In this document: positions 41,387 to 54,776 of the stretch, piece after piece
Numbering within the stretch: position 1 is the first letter of the stretch
Layout: each line of letters begins with the position of its first letter
Assembly (NCBI GenBank): GCA_951406725.2
Contig: OX597833.1
Coordinates: 19,654,001-19,718,000 of the forward strand
From: Octopus vulgaris
Lineage: Eukaryota
Length of the DNA: 64,000 nucleotides
Reading direction: 5' to 3'
Program-made: the position numbers and the translations under genes
Notes under the pieces: model-generated
What the model was told of the DNA's origin: nothing
Databases searched by the model: none
What the model saw: the letters and a program-made list of their open reading frames with translations, nothing else

Positions 41387-41765
41387 TTTGTAACAAAACA
41401 AATTTAGTATATTTCATCATACACTTACTGAAAGATGTTTAACCCTTTAGTACTTGGATTATACTATCAATTGTAAAGCATATTAACTCTCATTGTTTTG
41501 AATTAATCATGCATTATCTTGTAGTTGACATTGTAGAGTAGGTGTGAAAGGCGGGATATGGTTAGTTTGGGCATAAAATGGGTAGAATATCTGAGCCAAA
41601 TGTGGCTGGTTTAAATGCTTAAGAGTTACAGTGAATTTGATGGGGAAAATGTATGATTCTGTGCCTGTAAATAGAATTCTATGACAAAATACTGAAATAA
41701 ATTATGAAATTATCAATTGTATTCTCAGTTAATTTTTTTCCCATTTTATAATTCATTCATCATAG

Positions 41766-41914
41766 GTCGACGTACTTTGGCTGTTATTACTAAACTAGAC
41801 CTTATGGATGCTGGTACTGATGCTATGGAAGTACTCTGTGGACATGTGATACCTGTTAAGCTTGGTATTATTGGTGTGGTGAACAGGAGTCAAGCAGACC
41901 TCAATAATCAGAAG
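41766..41914 (+). CDS. DNM1L: Drp1 exon (probably exon 5), G4 motif TKLD
   Basis: catag acceptor, aag|gttggt donor; 149 nt restores phase 0; (G)[49 protein letters not shown]. Confidence 0.96.
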
Positions 41915-41960
41915 GTTGGTTTGTCTGGCCTAATTACCTCCCCCTATTTTGAGCAAGCAT

Positions 41961-42003
<43 letters not shown>

Positions 42004-42333
42004 ATGCAAAAATAGGCACAATCATGTATACATACTAATACATGCATACATATATGCAACATTCATGAAAAAATAGTTTCATTAAAATTTCAGGACAATC
42101 TTCATACATACAGCCATATGCCACACATGCAGTCATATACAACATCTACATACAACCATGTGCATAACACACACACACATAGCTGCAGAAACTTATCCAG
42201 ATCAAATTGAGCCTGGTGCAGCCTCTGGCTCACCTGTACTCAGTCAAGCCATCCAACCCCTGCCAGCAGGGAAAGTGGATATTAAACGATGATGATGATT
42301 CACATATACACATATCTCTACATATATAATATA

Positions 42334-42381
<48 letters not shown>

Positions 42382-42419
42382 GTATATATTTTATATATAT
42401 ATACACACACACATATATA

Positions 42420-42985
42420 CTAGCAAAACGCCACCCCCACCCCCCACGTCCAATGGACGGTGCTGAGTTGTCAAACATTTAAACCAATTTTCTCAGAACA
42501 ACTTGTCCGACCGTCCCATAGGCCTCCCCTTTGAGAAAAACTGATTTAACCTAAATTTGAGACACCAGCAAAAGAAGAAATAAAGATAGATTTTTTTTCT
42601 ATTCCAAAGAAAAACGATTTTATTCGCACAAATATGCAACCGAAGAGTTTAAAGTACCAGTAATGATAAGGCTGTTGACTGGAAGAACACAAACATGGTT
42701 TAAACAGTAAGCTTGGCAGGAAAGAAACGTGCCTTTAAGCAGTACAAAAACAACAAAAACTTGAAGGTGCAGTTATGTACAGGTTGATGGAAGAAAAGCA
42801 GGACAAAAACGGCTTTATCAATCGCTTTCTTACCTGGAATCGATTTTTGTAATTTTTTTCAAGACTTATACACGCCCTGATACCGTTGGTATATACATAT
42901 CAAATTTGAGCGCAATCGGATGGAGGAAGCCCGAGATCCTAGAAGACACACACGCAGACAGACAGAACGGATTTTATATGATAGA
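42420..42985 (-). mobile_element. Non-autonomous Helitron, different family
   Basis: Minus strand a|TCTATCATATAAAA ... CGTCCATTGGACG hairpin ... CTAG|t. Confidence 0.7.
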
Positions 42986-43454
42986 TATACACACACACAT
43001 CCACCCATCATCCTTTAACATCTGTTTTACATACATACATGTACATTTGTAAGCACCATTCACAGTGAATATATGCTTGTGCAGTACATACTCACATAAA
43101 TAGAGCATATGGATGGCTCATATGCACTCATGCATGTAAATTACATACTGTAGTGTATATATATATATATATATATATTCACGTGACCGACCAGACCATC
43201 AGATGTTGTTACACATCGCTGGTCACAATGCGCTTCGCATTGCTTTAGCCTTCGAATGATGCCACCCCACTGGCTAAGCGAGCAGGCCAACAGAAGAAAG
43301 AGTGGGAGAAAGAGTGGTGAAAGAGTACAGCAGGGATCACCACCCCCTGCCGGAGCCTCATGGAGCTTTTTAGGTCTGGGAATCGAAACCGCGATCCTGC
43401 GACCGCGAGTCCACTGCCCTAACCACTAGGCCATTGCGCCTCCACATACATATA

Positions 43455-43498
<44 letters not shown>

Positions 43499-44572
43499 TA
43501 CATATAGATATGCTTAACACGTGTTTATGGTCATGCACAGCGTGTATGAACAATTGAGCTTTAATTTCAGTTTATTATTAATTTATAATATAATCCAAGA
43601 TAGTAAAACGAGACAGTCATATATGTTGAGAGGTAATATCTATTCCCACTTCAACCTGGATGTTCTGTTGGGACAAACTATACTGTGGTAGATACTACAA
43701 GAGAAGCTCTAATATTGGCTTTTAGTGTAAAATGCCCTCTTGTTTATATTGCTAGTGGGGAGATAAATCCCTGCCACCTGCAGCACTGAAATCACCAGAT
43801 GATGTAAATTTTTACCTTCCTTGGTCTCATTGGTGGTGGATACTCAACTGCTAGAGATAAAATCTTTATTATGATCAATCTTTATGTCCTCATCTCCAGA
43901 CAACAAACTTGTCATGTTCCTTAACAGCATGTCTGTTCCTTCATTCTTGAGGTTATCTACCTTCCTCTTGTGGAGCTGGTCTTCTTTTCCAATTGAAATT
44001 ATGACAAATTCATTAGAGGCAGAAATAATTTTGATAAATCAAGAATTTATGTTGTAGATATTAGATATACCTGTATTTGTCTATGTAGTCCATGGTATAA
44101 TGTCTGAATAAAAGACTGGATGGGCGTGGTTGGAACTCCTTTGATCTTAAGTCTGCTAGATTAGAAGTTACTTGAGACTAAACAACTGTTGCTGACTTGT
44201 CCTTTATTCTAGAGCAGTCCTGGGCAAACTGCATCTTGCAGGCCTTTGTGAATGACTGCCTAAATGAAAAATTACCTTAAATTTTATTTGGTATTGTGGC
44301 CTGTCTGATGGCGAGCCATGTCTGATGTGGCCTACTTCTTGAAAAAGGTCTGCCCATGCCTGTTCCAGAGAAATCTTTTGCTATGCTTTATTTCATTTGC
44401 TGTTGTGAAAATAATGGCGAATTTTACGAAACGCATACACATGCATTAACAAATACACACACACACACACACATACATTCAATATTGGTTCATTATTACC
44501 ACCACATATTAATATACATTTTTTTTACGCATTTTTCTATTAAAAAATTTTTTTTTTCCATTTTAATTTCAG

Positions 44573-44677
44573 AATATGGCAGATTGTCTTCGTGATGAAG
44601 CTTCCTTTCTCCAACGGAAATATCCCTCAATAGCCAACCGAAATGGTTCTATGCATCTTGCAAAGACCCTCAACAGA
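44573..44677 (+). CDS. DNM1L: Drp1 exon (probably exon 6), end of GTPase domain
   Basis: tttcag acceptor, aga|gtaagt donor; 105 nt, phase 0-0; NMADCLRDEASFLQRKYPSIANRNGSMHLAKTLNR. Confidence 0.95.
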
Positions 44678-44862
44678 GTAAGTTAACAACTTTCCTTTTT
44701 GTCTTTCATGTATTAATAACAAACAGTCAGCAGATAGTCTGCTAATCTGACTGAAGTCATCTCTCTGCCTGCCTATTATCTATTTATTCATATCTCTCTC
44801 TCTATCTATTTGTCTGTCTGTCTATATATCTATCAATCTAAATATACATACATACATATGGG

Positions 44863-44903
<41 letters not shown>

Positions 44904-44905
<2 letters not shown>

Positions 44906-45206
44906 AGGCGCAATGGCCCAGTGGTTAGGGCAGTGGACTTGCGGTTGTAGGGTTGCGGTTTCGATTCCCAGACCAGGCATGTGTGTGTTCTATTGAGCGA
45001 AAACACCCAAAGCTCCACGAGGCTCTGGTAGTGGGTGGTGGCGATCCCTGCTGTACTTTTTTACTACAACTTTCTCTCACTCTTTCTTTTGTTGGCCTGC
45101 TCGCTTAGCCAGCAGGGTGGCGTCATTTGAAGGCTAAAACAATGCAAAGTGCATTGTGACCAGCGATTTGTAGCAACACCTGGTCAGTCACAGTGATCAT
45201 GGTGAG
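44904..45206 (+). mobile_element. Family-D tRNA-derived SINE; inverted sister copy 43159-43445(-); related heads near 4205-4452(-), 12551-12855(-), 17359-17610(+), 37281-37620(+)
   Basis: tRNA-like head GGAGGCGCAATGGCCCAGTGGTTAGGGC (A box) ... GTTTCGATTCCC (B box) followed by a non-tRNA body. Confidence 0.8.
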
Positions 45207-46019
45207 ATATATATATATATATATATAGACTACACTACGTTACTGTGTATTTTAAGATCCTTAACAGAATGAATTACAACCATGTATATTTAATTTTTGT
45301 GTGTATTATATTTGCTACAAAGAAATAGAATCTGAAAATCTTGTTGAAATTGTCATGTGATTTCATCAACTCTTATTTTCCATAACATAGAATTACTAGT
45401 GAGAGGCACTAAGTCTCCAGTGAGTATCAGTAGAGTATTGATGAATGTCTGGTATTAGATCATTTTTGGTTACCCACTTTGGTGCTGTCACTCCTGGTTT
45501 TGCCACCAAAAGAGTTGGTTCTGCTGGCATGGTTGGTGGGAATCTTCCCACATAACCAAGCAAACTGAAACGGTCTTTGCATTTACGATTTCAGAACCCA
45601 AGCTATCCACTAAATAACTCTTTGACTTTAGGAAAAATTCAGTCATCTATTCTAACCACTCGCTCTTATTTTGTGCACATTTTGAACTAAACTGTCTAAT
45701 AATGAGTGACAACACTATAGACTGCACTGATTTATGGAGATGTTATATTAAACAGACGCCATCATAGATCGTTAGCTACTACACACATTTTTTTCTCTCT
45801 CCTTGTTTTTTTCTGTGTATCTTTCTATAGAAGAGCGTAGGCTCGAAACGTAAAAGACTTTTTCTATTCCTGAGCACTATACTAATACATCTGTTTGTTT
45901 GTACACCACCTGCCTTCGTCTTTTGTTTATTTTCATAAACTTTCCCTTTATATTAAACTAACCTGATTTATAGACAAGATTTGCAATGTGACTTCTAATG
46001 GTTATTAATTCTTTTCCAG

Positions 46020-46133
46020 TTACTTATGCACCATATCCGAGATTGCTTACCAGAATTGAAAACCAGGGTTAATGTCCTAATTGCTCAGTTCCAGAGTTTA
46101 TTGAATTCATTCGGAGAACCAGTGGAAGATAAA
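46020..46133 (+). CDS. DNM1L: Drp1 exon (probably exon 7), bundle signalling element helix
   Basis: ttccag acceptor, aaa|gtaagg donor; 114 nt; [38 protein letters not shown]. Confidence 0.96.
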
Positions 46134-47498
46134 GTAAGGGACTTGAAAATATCACTTCATTCAATATCTCTATCCTTTCTTTTATTTGTTTCACTCATTG
46201 GATTGCAGAGCCATGCTGGAGCACAGCCTTGAAGGGTTTTAGTGGAAGGGATTGACCCCCCACCCAATACTTCATTTTAAAATCTGGTACATGTTCTGTT
46301 GGTCTCTTTTGCTGAATCACTAACATATGGGGATGTAAACAAACCAACACCAATTGTCAAGTGGTGTGGTGGGGACACACTGTACATGCATACACATGAC
46401 AAGCTTCCACACAGTTTCTGTCTATCAAATTCACTCACAAGACTTTGGTGGCACAGGGGCTACAGTAGAAGGTGCTTAGATTAAATAAAAGACTTAAGCA
46501 GATATTGGAATTGATGTAATTGACTCCACATAAACTTTGTCCTTGTACACCATCATTCACTTTTCATCCTGGCATGGGTTGGATGGTTTGACAAGAGCTG
46601 GTGAGCCAGAAGACTGCAGTAAACTCCAATGTCTGCTTTGATGCAGTTTCTATGGCTGGATGCCCTCCCTAACACCAACCATTTTACAGAATGTACTGAA
46701 TGCTTTTGGCACTGGCACCAGTGAGGGGATGAAGTATCTTGCAAGACAAGACCCCTCAACTGAAGGATGTGTAGTTAGAAATCATTATTTTTAAGATTGT
46801 GTAATCATCATCATCATTTAACGTCCGTTTTCCATGCTAGCATGGGTTGGACGGTTCGACTGGGGTCTGGGAAGCCAGGAGGCTGCACCAGGCTCCAGTC
46901 TGATCTGGCAGTGTTTCTACAGCTGGATGCCCTTCCTAATGCCAACTACTCCGTGAGTGTAGTGGGTGCTTTTTATGTGCCAGGGGAGGCTGGCAGCGGC
47001 CATGATTGGTACATTTTACGTGCCACCGGCACAGAAGCCAGTGTAATGTATTGTTATTTTTAATTATTCATCATCATCATTTAATGTCCATTTTTCCATG
47101 CTGGCATGGGTTGGGTTGGAGAGTTGCAGGACTGCCTCAAGCTCCAGTGACGTCTTTGGCATAAGTGGATGTCCTTCCTAACACCAATTACTTTACAGTG
47201 TGTACCATGCGCTTTTTTCGTATCACCAACACTAGTGAAGTTGTCATGTAGCCTGCAAGATATAAAAGAATAGAGGGAAAAAAGAAAGGAAAAAAGCCTC
47301 CAAGACTAAGTGGAATTATTTGGGAGGAGAAAGTGGAGCTGGGTAGCTTTGACCAGGGGTTGAAAGGCTAAAGTATGAATTAAAATCAGATAGTATTTTT
47401 ACCTCTATTTCATATGTATGTATGTCTATATGTAATTGTGCTTATCTTTGTATATGAAGCATTTTCTGTCTTCAAATATGTTTTGTTGATCATTGTAG

Positions 47499-47590
47499 GG
47501 CCAGTTACTACTGCAAATCATCACCAGGTTTGCTTCTGCTTATTGTAATACAATTGAAGGGACAGCTAAAAATATTGAAACCACAGAATT
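47499..47590 (+). CDS. DNM1L: Drp1 exon (probably exon 8), stalk/middle domain
   Basis: ttgtag acceptor, tt|gtaagt donor; 92 nt; [30 protein letters not shown](L). Confidence 0.95.
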
Positions 47591-49617
47591 GTAAGTTGGA
47601 TTTTTGAAAAAAAAAATGTCTTATAGAAAATATGTTGTGTTTATATTTACAAGATGTTAATCCATGCTCGACTGTGTTCACCACTTGCTGCATTTCCCCC
47701 TAATTCCATTTCTGTTCATGTGTTACTCTCCATACCACTTCTCTCATATTCATCTTCTTGTGGCTTGAGGTTGTGCTCTGACACACCTTCACGCTATCTT
47801 TATTTTCCAACTGGGATAATCATATGTCTTTCTAGAGTATGACTCCTGACTGTCTATCATACTTCAACCTCTCTACACCTGGCATAAAGCTGCTACCTTC
47901 GTTAACCCAGGTTAACCCCATCGAAATTTCGAAGATAGTTATATAAATAGGGATAAAGAACATACAGAAGCATCCAGTTAACCTTTATGCCTTACTGGAC
48001 CAGCATCGCCTTACTGGCACTTGTGCCAGTGTGCAGGTGACACGTAAAGAAAAAAAAAACAATTTTTTTCGTGGCCGTTGCCAGTACCGCCTGACTGGCC
48101 CTTGTGCCAGTGGATCGTAAAAGCACCCACTACACTCTCAGAGTGGTTGGCATTAGGAAGGGCATCCAGCTGTAGCAACTCTGCCAGATCAAGATTGGAG
48201 CCTGGTGCAACCATCTGGTTCGCCAGTCCTCAGTCAAATCGTCCAACCTATGCTAGCATGGAAAGCGGACGTTAAACGATGATGCAGTAACTAAACCAAA
48301 TACAATGGTTAAATAAATACAAGCACTATTTTGCGTCCAGTTAACCTTTATTGCAGTAGATAAACCAAATACAACTGTCCTCAAACAAGGACAGTGGGTT
48401 AAAATGGGTTAATACTACTCTCTGCCCAGTTGAGCAGGATCTTGTCTTGTGAGTTACTTGGTGACTTCTCATTTAAAACAAAACATCCAAGTACTCTTTG
48501 TAAAGTGGTTAGCATTAGGAAGGGCATCCAACAGTAGAAACCATTCCAAAGTAGGCATTGGAGTTTGCTGCAGTCCTCTAACTCATTTCCTATTGAACCA
48601 TCCAGTCCATTCTAGTGTAAAAAAACACATTAAACGTATTTCTTTATTGCCCACAAGGAGCTGAACATAGAGGGGGCAAACAAGAACAGAAAAAGGGATT
48701 AAGTCGATTACATCGACCCCAGTGGGAAACTGGTACTTAATTTATCGACCCCGAAAGGATGAAAGGCAAAGTCGACTTCGGCGGAATTTGAACTCAGAAC
48801 GTAACGACAGACAAAATACGGCTACACATTTCGCCCGGCATGCTAACGTTTCTGCCAGCTCGCCGCCATTTAATGGTGATGATGATGATGATGATAGTTT
48901 CTTTTGGAACCTCATTGTAGTTGGAATCTTATCATCATCATCATTTAATGTCCAGTTTTCCACACTGGCATAGGTTGCATGGTTTGGCCAGAGCTGGCAA
49001 GCCAGAGAGCTGCACCAGATTCCTGTCTGACTTGGCATGGTTTCCATGACTGGATATCCTTCCTAACACTAACCACATCAAAGCGTGCTGAGTGCTTTTA
49101 ATGTGACACCAGCACAGGTCTCTTGCAGGACAATATACTTCACCAGGAGATGCAGTCTTAATACTTTTGCCATAGAGGACGGTTCTTTTGGAGTACAGCA
49201 AGGCGCCCTTCAAATTCATGTTATCTTTACCAAATCGTTTTCAAAGAGGTGTGAACTGTCTTACATGATTACTGTAAGTCCTAACCTCTACTAAAAAATG
49301 ATCTGGGAACAAGAGGTCTTATTATTACAAGTGTGGCGATTAGACGCAGCTGTCATGCTAAGGGAAGTAACTCAGTAGTGAGGTTGTTGGTGTTGGCTGT
49401 GGCAACGTTAAGAGTGATGATGGTAAATATTGAGAGATGGAAGTATTGTGTTGGTTAAAGATACAAGGTTAAAAAAAGAAAACTAAAACGAAACTAAGGA
49501 CTCAATATAGATGTATAATAATGTATAATGGTGTGGAGCACGCACACACACACACACGCTGTATTTCATAACTTATAATGCAAGTTTTTTGTTGTATCAA
49601 TAACAATTGGTCGTATA

Positions 49618-50505
49618 TGAGGTGGTATCAAAAAATTCTTGGACTAGTTCTGTAACCAACGGATGGCATTACACAGTTATCTGCACAGTGAGAGCTAGCA
49701 GTGATTTTCACGAGGCAGTGTGCTGAGTGATGTCAGTGTGTTTACTTCACGCATTGTGAAATTTGTGTTTTTGTGATCACATGTATGCTGTTGACTGCCA
49801 TTTTTGTCATAGAAAGGAAGTTGGAGCAAAGAGCCAATCTAAGATTCTTTATTAAACTTGGGAAGTCTGCTACAGAAAGATTGAGCATGCTTTGGCAAGC
49901 TTATGACAACGAGGTGATGGATCAGATACGTTTCAAGTGGCATGGTCTCACAATAGATCCACAGCTCAGTGAAGAGCACGCTCATCCATTTTTTTTCAGC
50001 ATCCGTGGTATTGTGCATCAAGAATTCGTGCCCCAGGTTTAGACCGTTAATCAAGAGTTCATCTGCAATACTTTGAAGTATTTGTGGGAAGACATTCAGT
50101 AATGGTGACCAGATCTGTGGGGCACAGTGAATTGGATTCCTCGCGACAACTATGCACCCTGTCACTGAACTTGTCTCATTTAGGAGTTTCTCACCAAAAA
50201 CAACATAATATCGCTTCTGCACCCACCCTATTCACCAGATTTAGCATCTGCTGACTTCCATCTCTTCCTCAAGATGAAAATGCAGTTCAAAGGTTGCTGT
50301 TTTAACAAGAGCAAGAGCGAATCGCAGAAGGTCCTCAACTCACAGAAAACAGCTTCCAGACTACATTCCAAAAGTGGTAGGAACACTGGAACCTATGTAT
50401 TGCTGTGCAAGGTGACTATTTCAAAAGAGATGTTGTTAAAACTTAGATAAATAAGTTAATTTTTATGAAACATAAGTAGTCCAGGAACTTTTTGATACCA
50501 CGCTG
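49618..50505 (+). mobile_element. Internally deleted, decayed mariner (Tc1/mariner) transposon
   Basis: TA-flanked ~30-bp imperfect TIRs (gtggtatcaaaaa.ttc.tggacta); transposase remnants EQRANLRFFIKLGKSATE (HTH), FFSIRGIVHQEFVP and HPPYSPDLA.ADFHLF (YSPDL motif); frameshifts and stops. Confidence 0.9.
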
Positions 50506-50570
50506 TAAACTACTCTGTGCATGATATGCATATACAAGATCATTTAATTTTTAATATATCTGCATTTTAT

Positions 50571-50844
50571 TTGCAGCATGGAAGGTGTTTATAAGCCATT
50601 TAAGAAACACACAAAACCGTTAGATTCACTTCAACATTTAAATTGTCAAAATATTTTCGTCGCTTTGAGACCGCGACCTGTTCACCAACAAAATTCTGTG
50701 AGATGCAGCACAGAATTTTGTCAGTGAACAGGTTGCAGTCTCAAAGCGACGAAAATATTTTGACAAATTAAATTTAAATGTTGAAGTGAATCTAACGGTT
50801 TTGTGTGTTTCTTAAATGGCTTTTAAACACCTTCCACGCTGCAA
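50571..50844. repeat. Fold-back palindrome, ~130-bp arms, 8-nt loop
   Basis: 50571-50700 pairs with 50709-50844 with few mismatches and one small indel. Confidence 0.92.
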
Positions 50845-51978
50845 TTGTTTTCATTCCAGCACGCGATCTCAGATCAGGTCACTTGCTATGCAAGTACATC
50901 TCTGCATTTTATTTGTTTGCCAGAAATTTTCTCTTCAAATTAAGAATGCACATTAGAAATGCATGCACATTATATGCTGCAAAATATGGTGTGCACGTGT
51001 GTGTGTGTGTGTGTACTTTCATGTATGTCTTCATCATTGAGTTTCTGTTTCTATGCTGGCATGGGTTGGACGTTATGACAAGATCCAATGAGCCATGAAG
51101 TTGACAACAGGGAAGTAAGAGAGAAATAGCTTGAGGAGGAGGAGGTGACAAGTAGCAACACTGGGGGTGTGGATAACAGCAGTATCATAAATCTGTTGAT
51201 TGGAGAGGTGTTAAAGATAAGGTGTGGTGGACCTAAGATGTAGCTCACTGGGGAGGGAGAAATAACTGGAGATACAGGAATGAGAGTGGTCAGTAGTAAA
51301 TAGTATGGGAAGAGATGACATTGGGAATGAGGCATGGGGTTTAAAAGGAAGTGGTTTCAGATGGAGGAGGAGGAGGTGACTGGTAGTGCAAAAGGGGTGG
51401 CAATGTGAAATATGTGTTGATTCTGTTCTGAAATTATTGCAGCAGCTGATTAGTACCATAGATAGAAGAGTGATGAAGGAACGGATGTTAGGAAGATGAG
51501 GTATGGGGGATTGCTCTATATGGGCAGATTAGGTGCAGGACCCAGTATATACAAGCATAAACATATTACTATTAGGATTTCATTTTTGTTGTGATGGACT
51601 GATCTTGAGTTGAGTTTATTGCCAAATGTCTCAGTGCTTTGTCATCTTCTCTGTGAGGGTCAACATCTTGAGATCAGCCTTCACATCTTCCTAGATTTTC
51701 CTCTTTCACAACTTCCATCCACTTTAAGTGATTGGGACTTTTCTCCTAAAACTACACATTCAGTGTCACCTTAGTTGGACCCTTACAAGCATGGGAAAGT
51801 AGATGTTAAATGATGTTGATAGACAGGGTGTCAGGAGTATTTGAGGACACTTGATTATCAGTGTATTGATCCCAAAATTTTACCATTCATCACCATCATA
51901 TGATGCTGATAATAACAAACCGCTTGCTTTTGTTCTGTCTTTCTCTTTCTCTCATTTCACTGCTTATTTCATTTTCAG

Positions 51979-52099
51979 ATGTGGTGGTGCAAGGATTTGT
52001 TATATTTTCCATGAGACCTTTGGTCGCACTTTAGAATCAGTTGACCCTCTTGGTGGTCTTACCACACTGGATGTACTCACTGCCATTAGGAATGCCACT
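51979..52099 (+). CDS. DNM1L: Drp1 exon (probably exon 9), stalk/middle domain; last exon found in window
   Basis: tttcag acceptor, act|gtaagt donor; 121 nt completes TT+A=Leu; [40 protein letters not shown]. Confidence 0.97.
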
Positions 52100-54389
52100 G
52101 TAAGTACACAAATCTTTTGTTTCTTTAACCCTTTAGCATTTAAACTGGCCATATCCGGCCAAAAGTATTCTGCCTGTTTTATGTTCAAACTGGCCAGATC
52201 TGGTCTCTCACACCAACCCTACAATATCATTTTAAAAATTAACAGCTACCTCATCAAAATCTCATAGCTACAAGATAATGTATGATTAGTTCAAAACAAT
52301 GTGGATGAAGAAGCATTAATTGTGGCAGAATAATGCGAACACTAAAGGGTTAAATAGCAGACAACTGCATTGTTTTGAACAGCCAAAACAGCATTAACTA
52401 TCATTAAACTGAAACCATTTGGGTAACTTGGGCTATAGTGTTAGCTTTTCATCATCATTACCTTTAGCATTAATTTTCCAATCTGGCATGGGTTGGATGA
52501 TCCAACAGGAACTGGTGAGTCAGGGCACTGCACTAAGTTCCAATGTCTGCCCTGGCAGGGTTTCTATTGTTGGATGATGCCCTTCTTAATGTCAACCAAT
52601 TTACAGTGTGTACAGGGTGCTTTTTATGTGGCACCAGGACCGGTGAGGTCACCTGGTTACTCCCAAAACAAAACCCGTCAATAAGGGAATGTAGTATTGA
52701 GAGAGGTGGCTTTATGCCAGATGATGAGAGTTTAAGCAAAAACATAGTATTGAGCACTTAGTACTCCCACTACTCCTGCTCTTGAAGATTTTGCTGGATG
52801 GGGTACCAATTCATTACAAGTACCCAACTGGTATTATTACTCACTTCCAGTTAGGTGAACTGAAGAAGTGTAAAAGGGACTGCTTTGCTCAAGGACATGA
52901 AGCCTTCCTGTCAGGAAACTGAACCCACAAGTCACAATCATGAGCACAATACCTTAACAACTGGGCTAAGTGGATTATGGAGGGGGTTCCTTGAGACATA
53001 TAATATATCATCATTTAATGTCTGTTTTCTGTGCTGGCATAGGTTGGATAGGTTGACCAGAACTGCCAAGCTCCAGTCTGATTTTGGCTTAGTTTCTATG
53101 ACTGGATGCCCTTCCAAATGCCAACCACTTTACAGTGTGTGCTAGGTCTTTTTGTATGGCACTGCACAAGTGTTTTTACATGGGACTGACACAAGTGCTT
53201 TTTATGTGGCACCAGCACATGACTTTTGCAGGCCAACCCTCTTCACCAAGGGGACTGTCCTTAACACTTCTGCTGTGGAGTACAGGTCTTCTTGTGTAGA
53301 GCAAAGCATCAGGCATATCTCGTCTGAAAGGTTCAGCATCCTGAGGTTGGCCTTCAGTACTTCAAGGATATACAAATATATTTCAAGGATTCTGTAAGAA
53401 TGAAAAGATGGGGAAGTACTAGTATAGAGCATATAACTTTACATTAGAACAAAATTTCAAAAAATAAATAGAACTTTAAAACCTCTTAATACATATAAGT
53501 GAGGTACATGTATAAATTCCTCCATTTTAAAATTAGTCTTTTTTACTAGACGTACAAGGAATATGTCCTGGGGTCGATTTCTTCAACTAAAAAAAGGTGG
53601 TGATCCAGCATGCTCATAGTAAAATGACTAAAACCTGTTAAAGAATCAAAAATATACTCGTCCATAGCAAATTTATATTGTTTTAATATTGCTCATTTTG
53701 CCAAATGTTTTATTGCTTTATATGTGATGCTAATTTCATCAAACACTATTTTCTTTTGGTACTTTCTTACATTGGATTTTTTTTTTTTTTTGTTAAAGAA
53801 ACTAATTTTATAACCTTTCCTGTCACTGACCACGCAGTAAGGAAGGAAATAAGACGTAGAATCCTCCTTTATGGTAGTCAAATACACTGAATTATGTCCC
53901 TTTATCAACAGATTTGATCTCAATCCTACAGCTGCTGTTCTTTTTAGCTCTGGTTGATCAGACCTAGGATCAAATGAATTCCAGCTTCTTTGTGGTTTTT
54001 CAAATAGGTCACTGTTTTTCTTTAGCAGGATGTGTGATAAATTTAAAGCTTTATAAAATTTATACTAATGGGCGCAGGAGTGGCTGTGTGGTAAGTAGCT
54101 TGCTAACCAACCACATGGTTCCGGGTTCAGTCCCACTGCGTGGCATCTTGGGCAAGTGTCTTCTGCTATAGCCCCGGGCCGACCAATGTCTTGTTTCAGT
54201 CATTTGACTGCGGCCATGCTGGAGCACCACCTTTAGTCGAGCAAATCGACCCCAGGACTTATTCTTTTGTAAGCCTAGTACTTATTCTATCGGTCTCTTT
54301 TGCCGAACCGCTAAGTAACGGGGACGTAAACACACCAGCATCGGTTGTTAAGCAATGTTGGGGGGACAAACACAGACACACAAACACAT

Positions 54390-54438
<49 letters not shown>

Positions 54439-54595
54439 AATAATTCTCAGTATATCTTTTCTAAATTTTTTCTAAATTTAAACATTAAAACAGTATTTCT
54501 TGTTAAACTTTCCATGAAAATCAGAAATATTAAATTTCTAAATGTCTCAAAGAGACATGAGCGGTGGTGGAGCGATAGAGTGGTTGTATACTGTC

Positions 54596-54776
54596 AACTT
54601 AACGTGACAGTCCTGTAAGGAATTGCACCACCGCTGTTTAACCCTAGGAAGCATCGACGCTTCCTGTCAGCCTTGACAGGACACAGGTAATGTGTCAAGG
54701 CTGACAAGAAGCGTCGATGCTTCCTAGGGCTAAACAGCGGTGGTGCAATTCCCTTACAGGACTGTCACGTTAAGTT
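54596..54776. repeat. Fold-back palindrome, ~83-bp arms, ~14-nt loop
   Basis: aacttaacgtgacagtcctgtaagg...cagccttgaca / tgtcaaggctg...ccttacaggactgtcacgttaagtt. Confidence 0.92.

Noticed and set aside
44904-44975. tRNA-like sequence
   Set aside because: SINE head continuing into a non-tRNA body; no complete acceptor stem or poly-T terminator.
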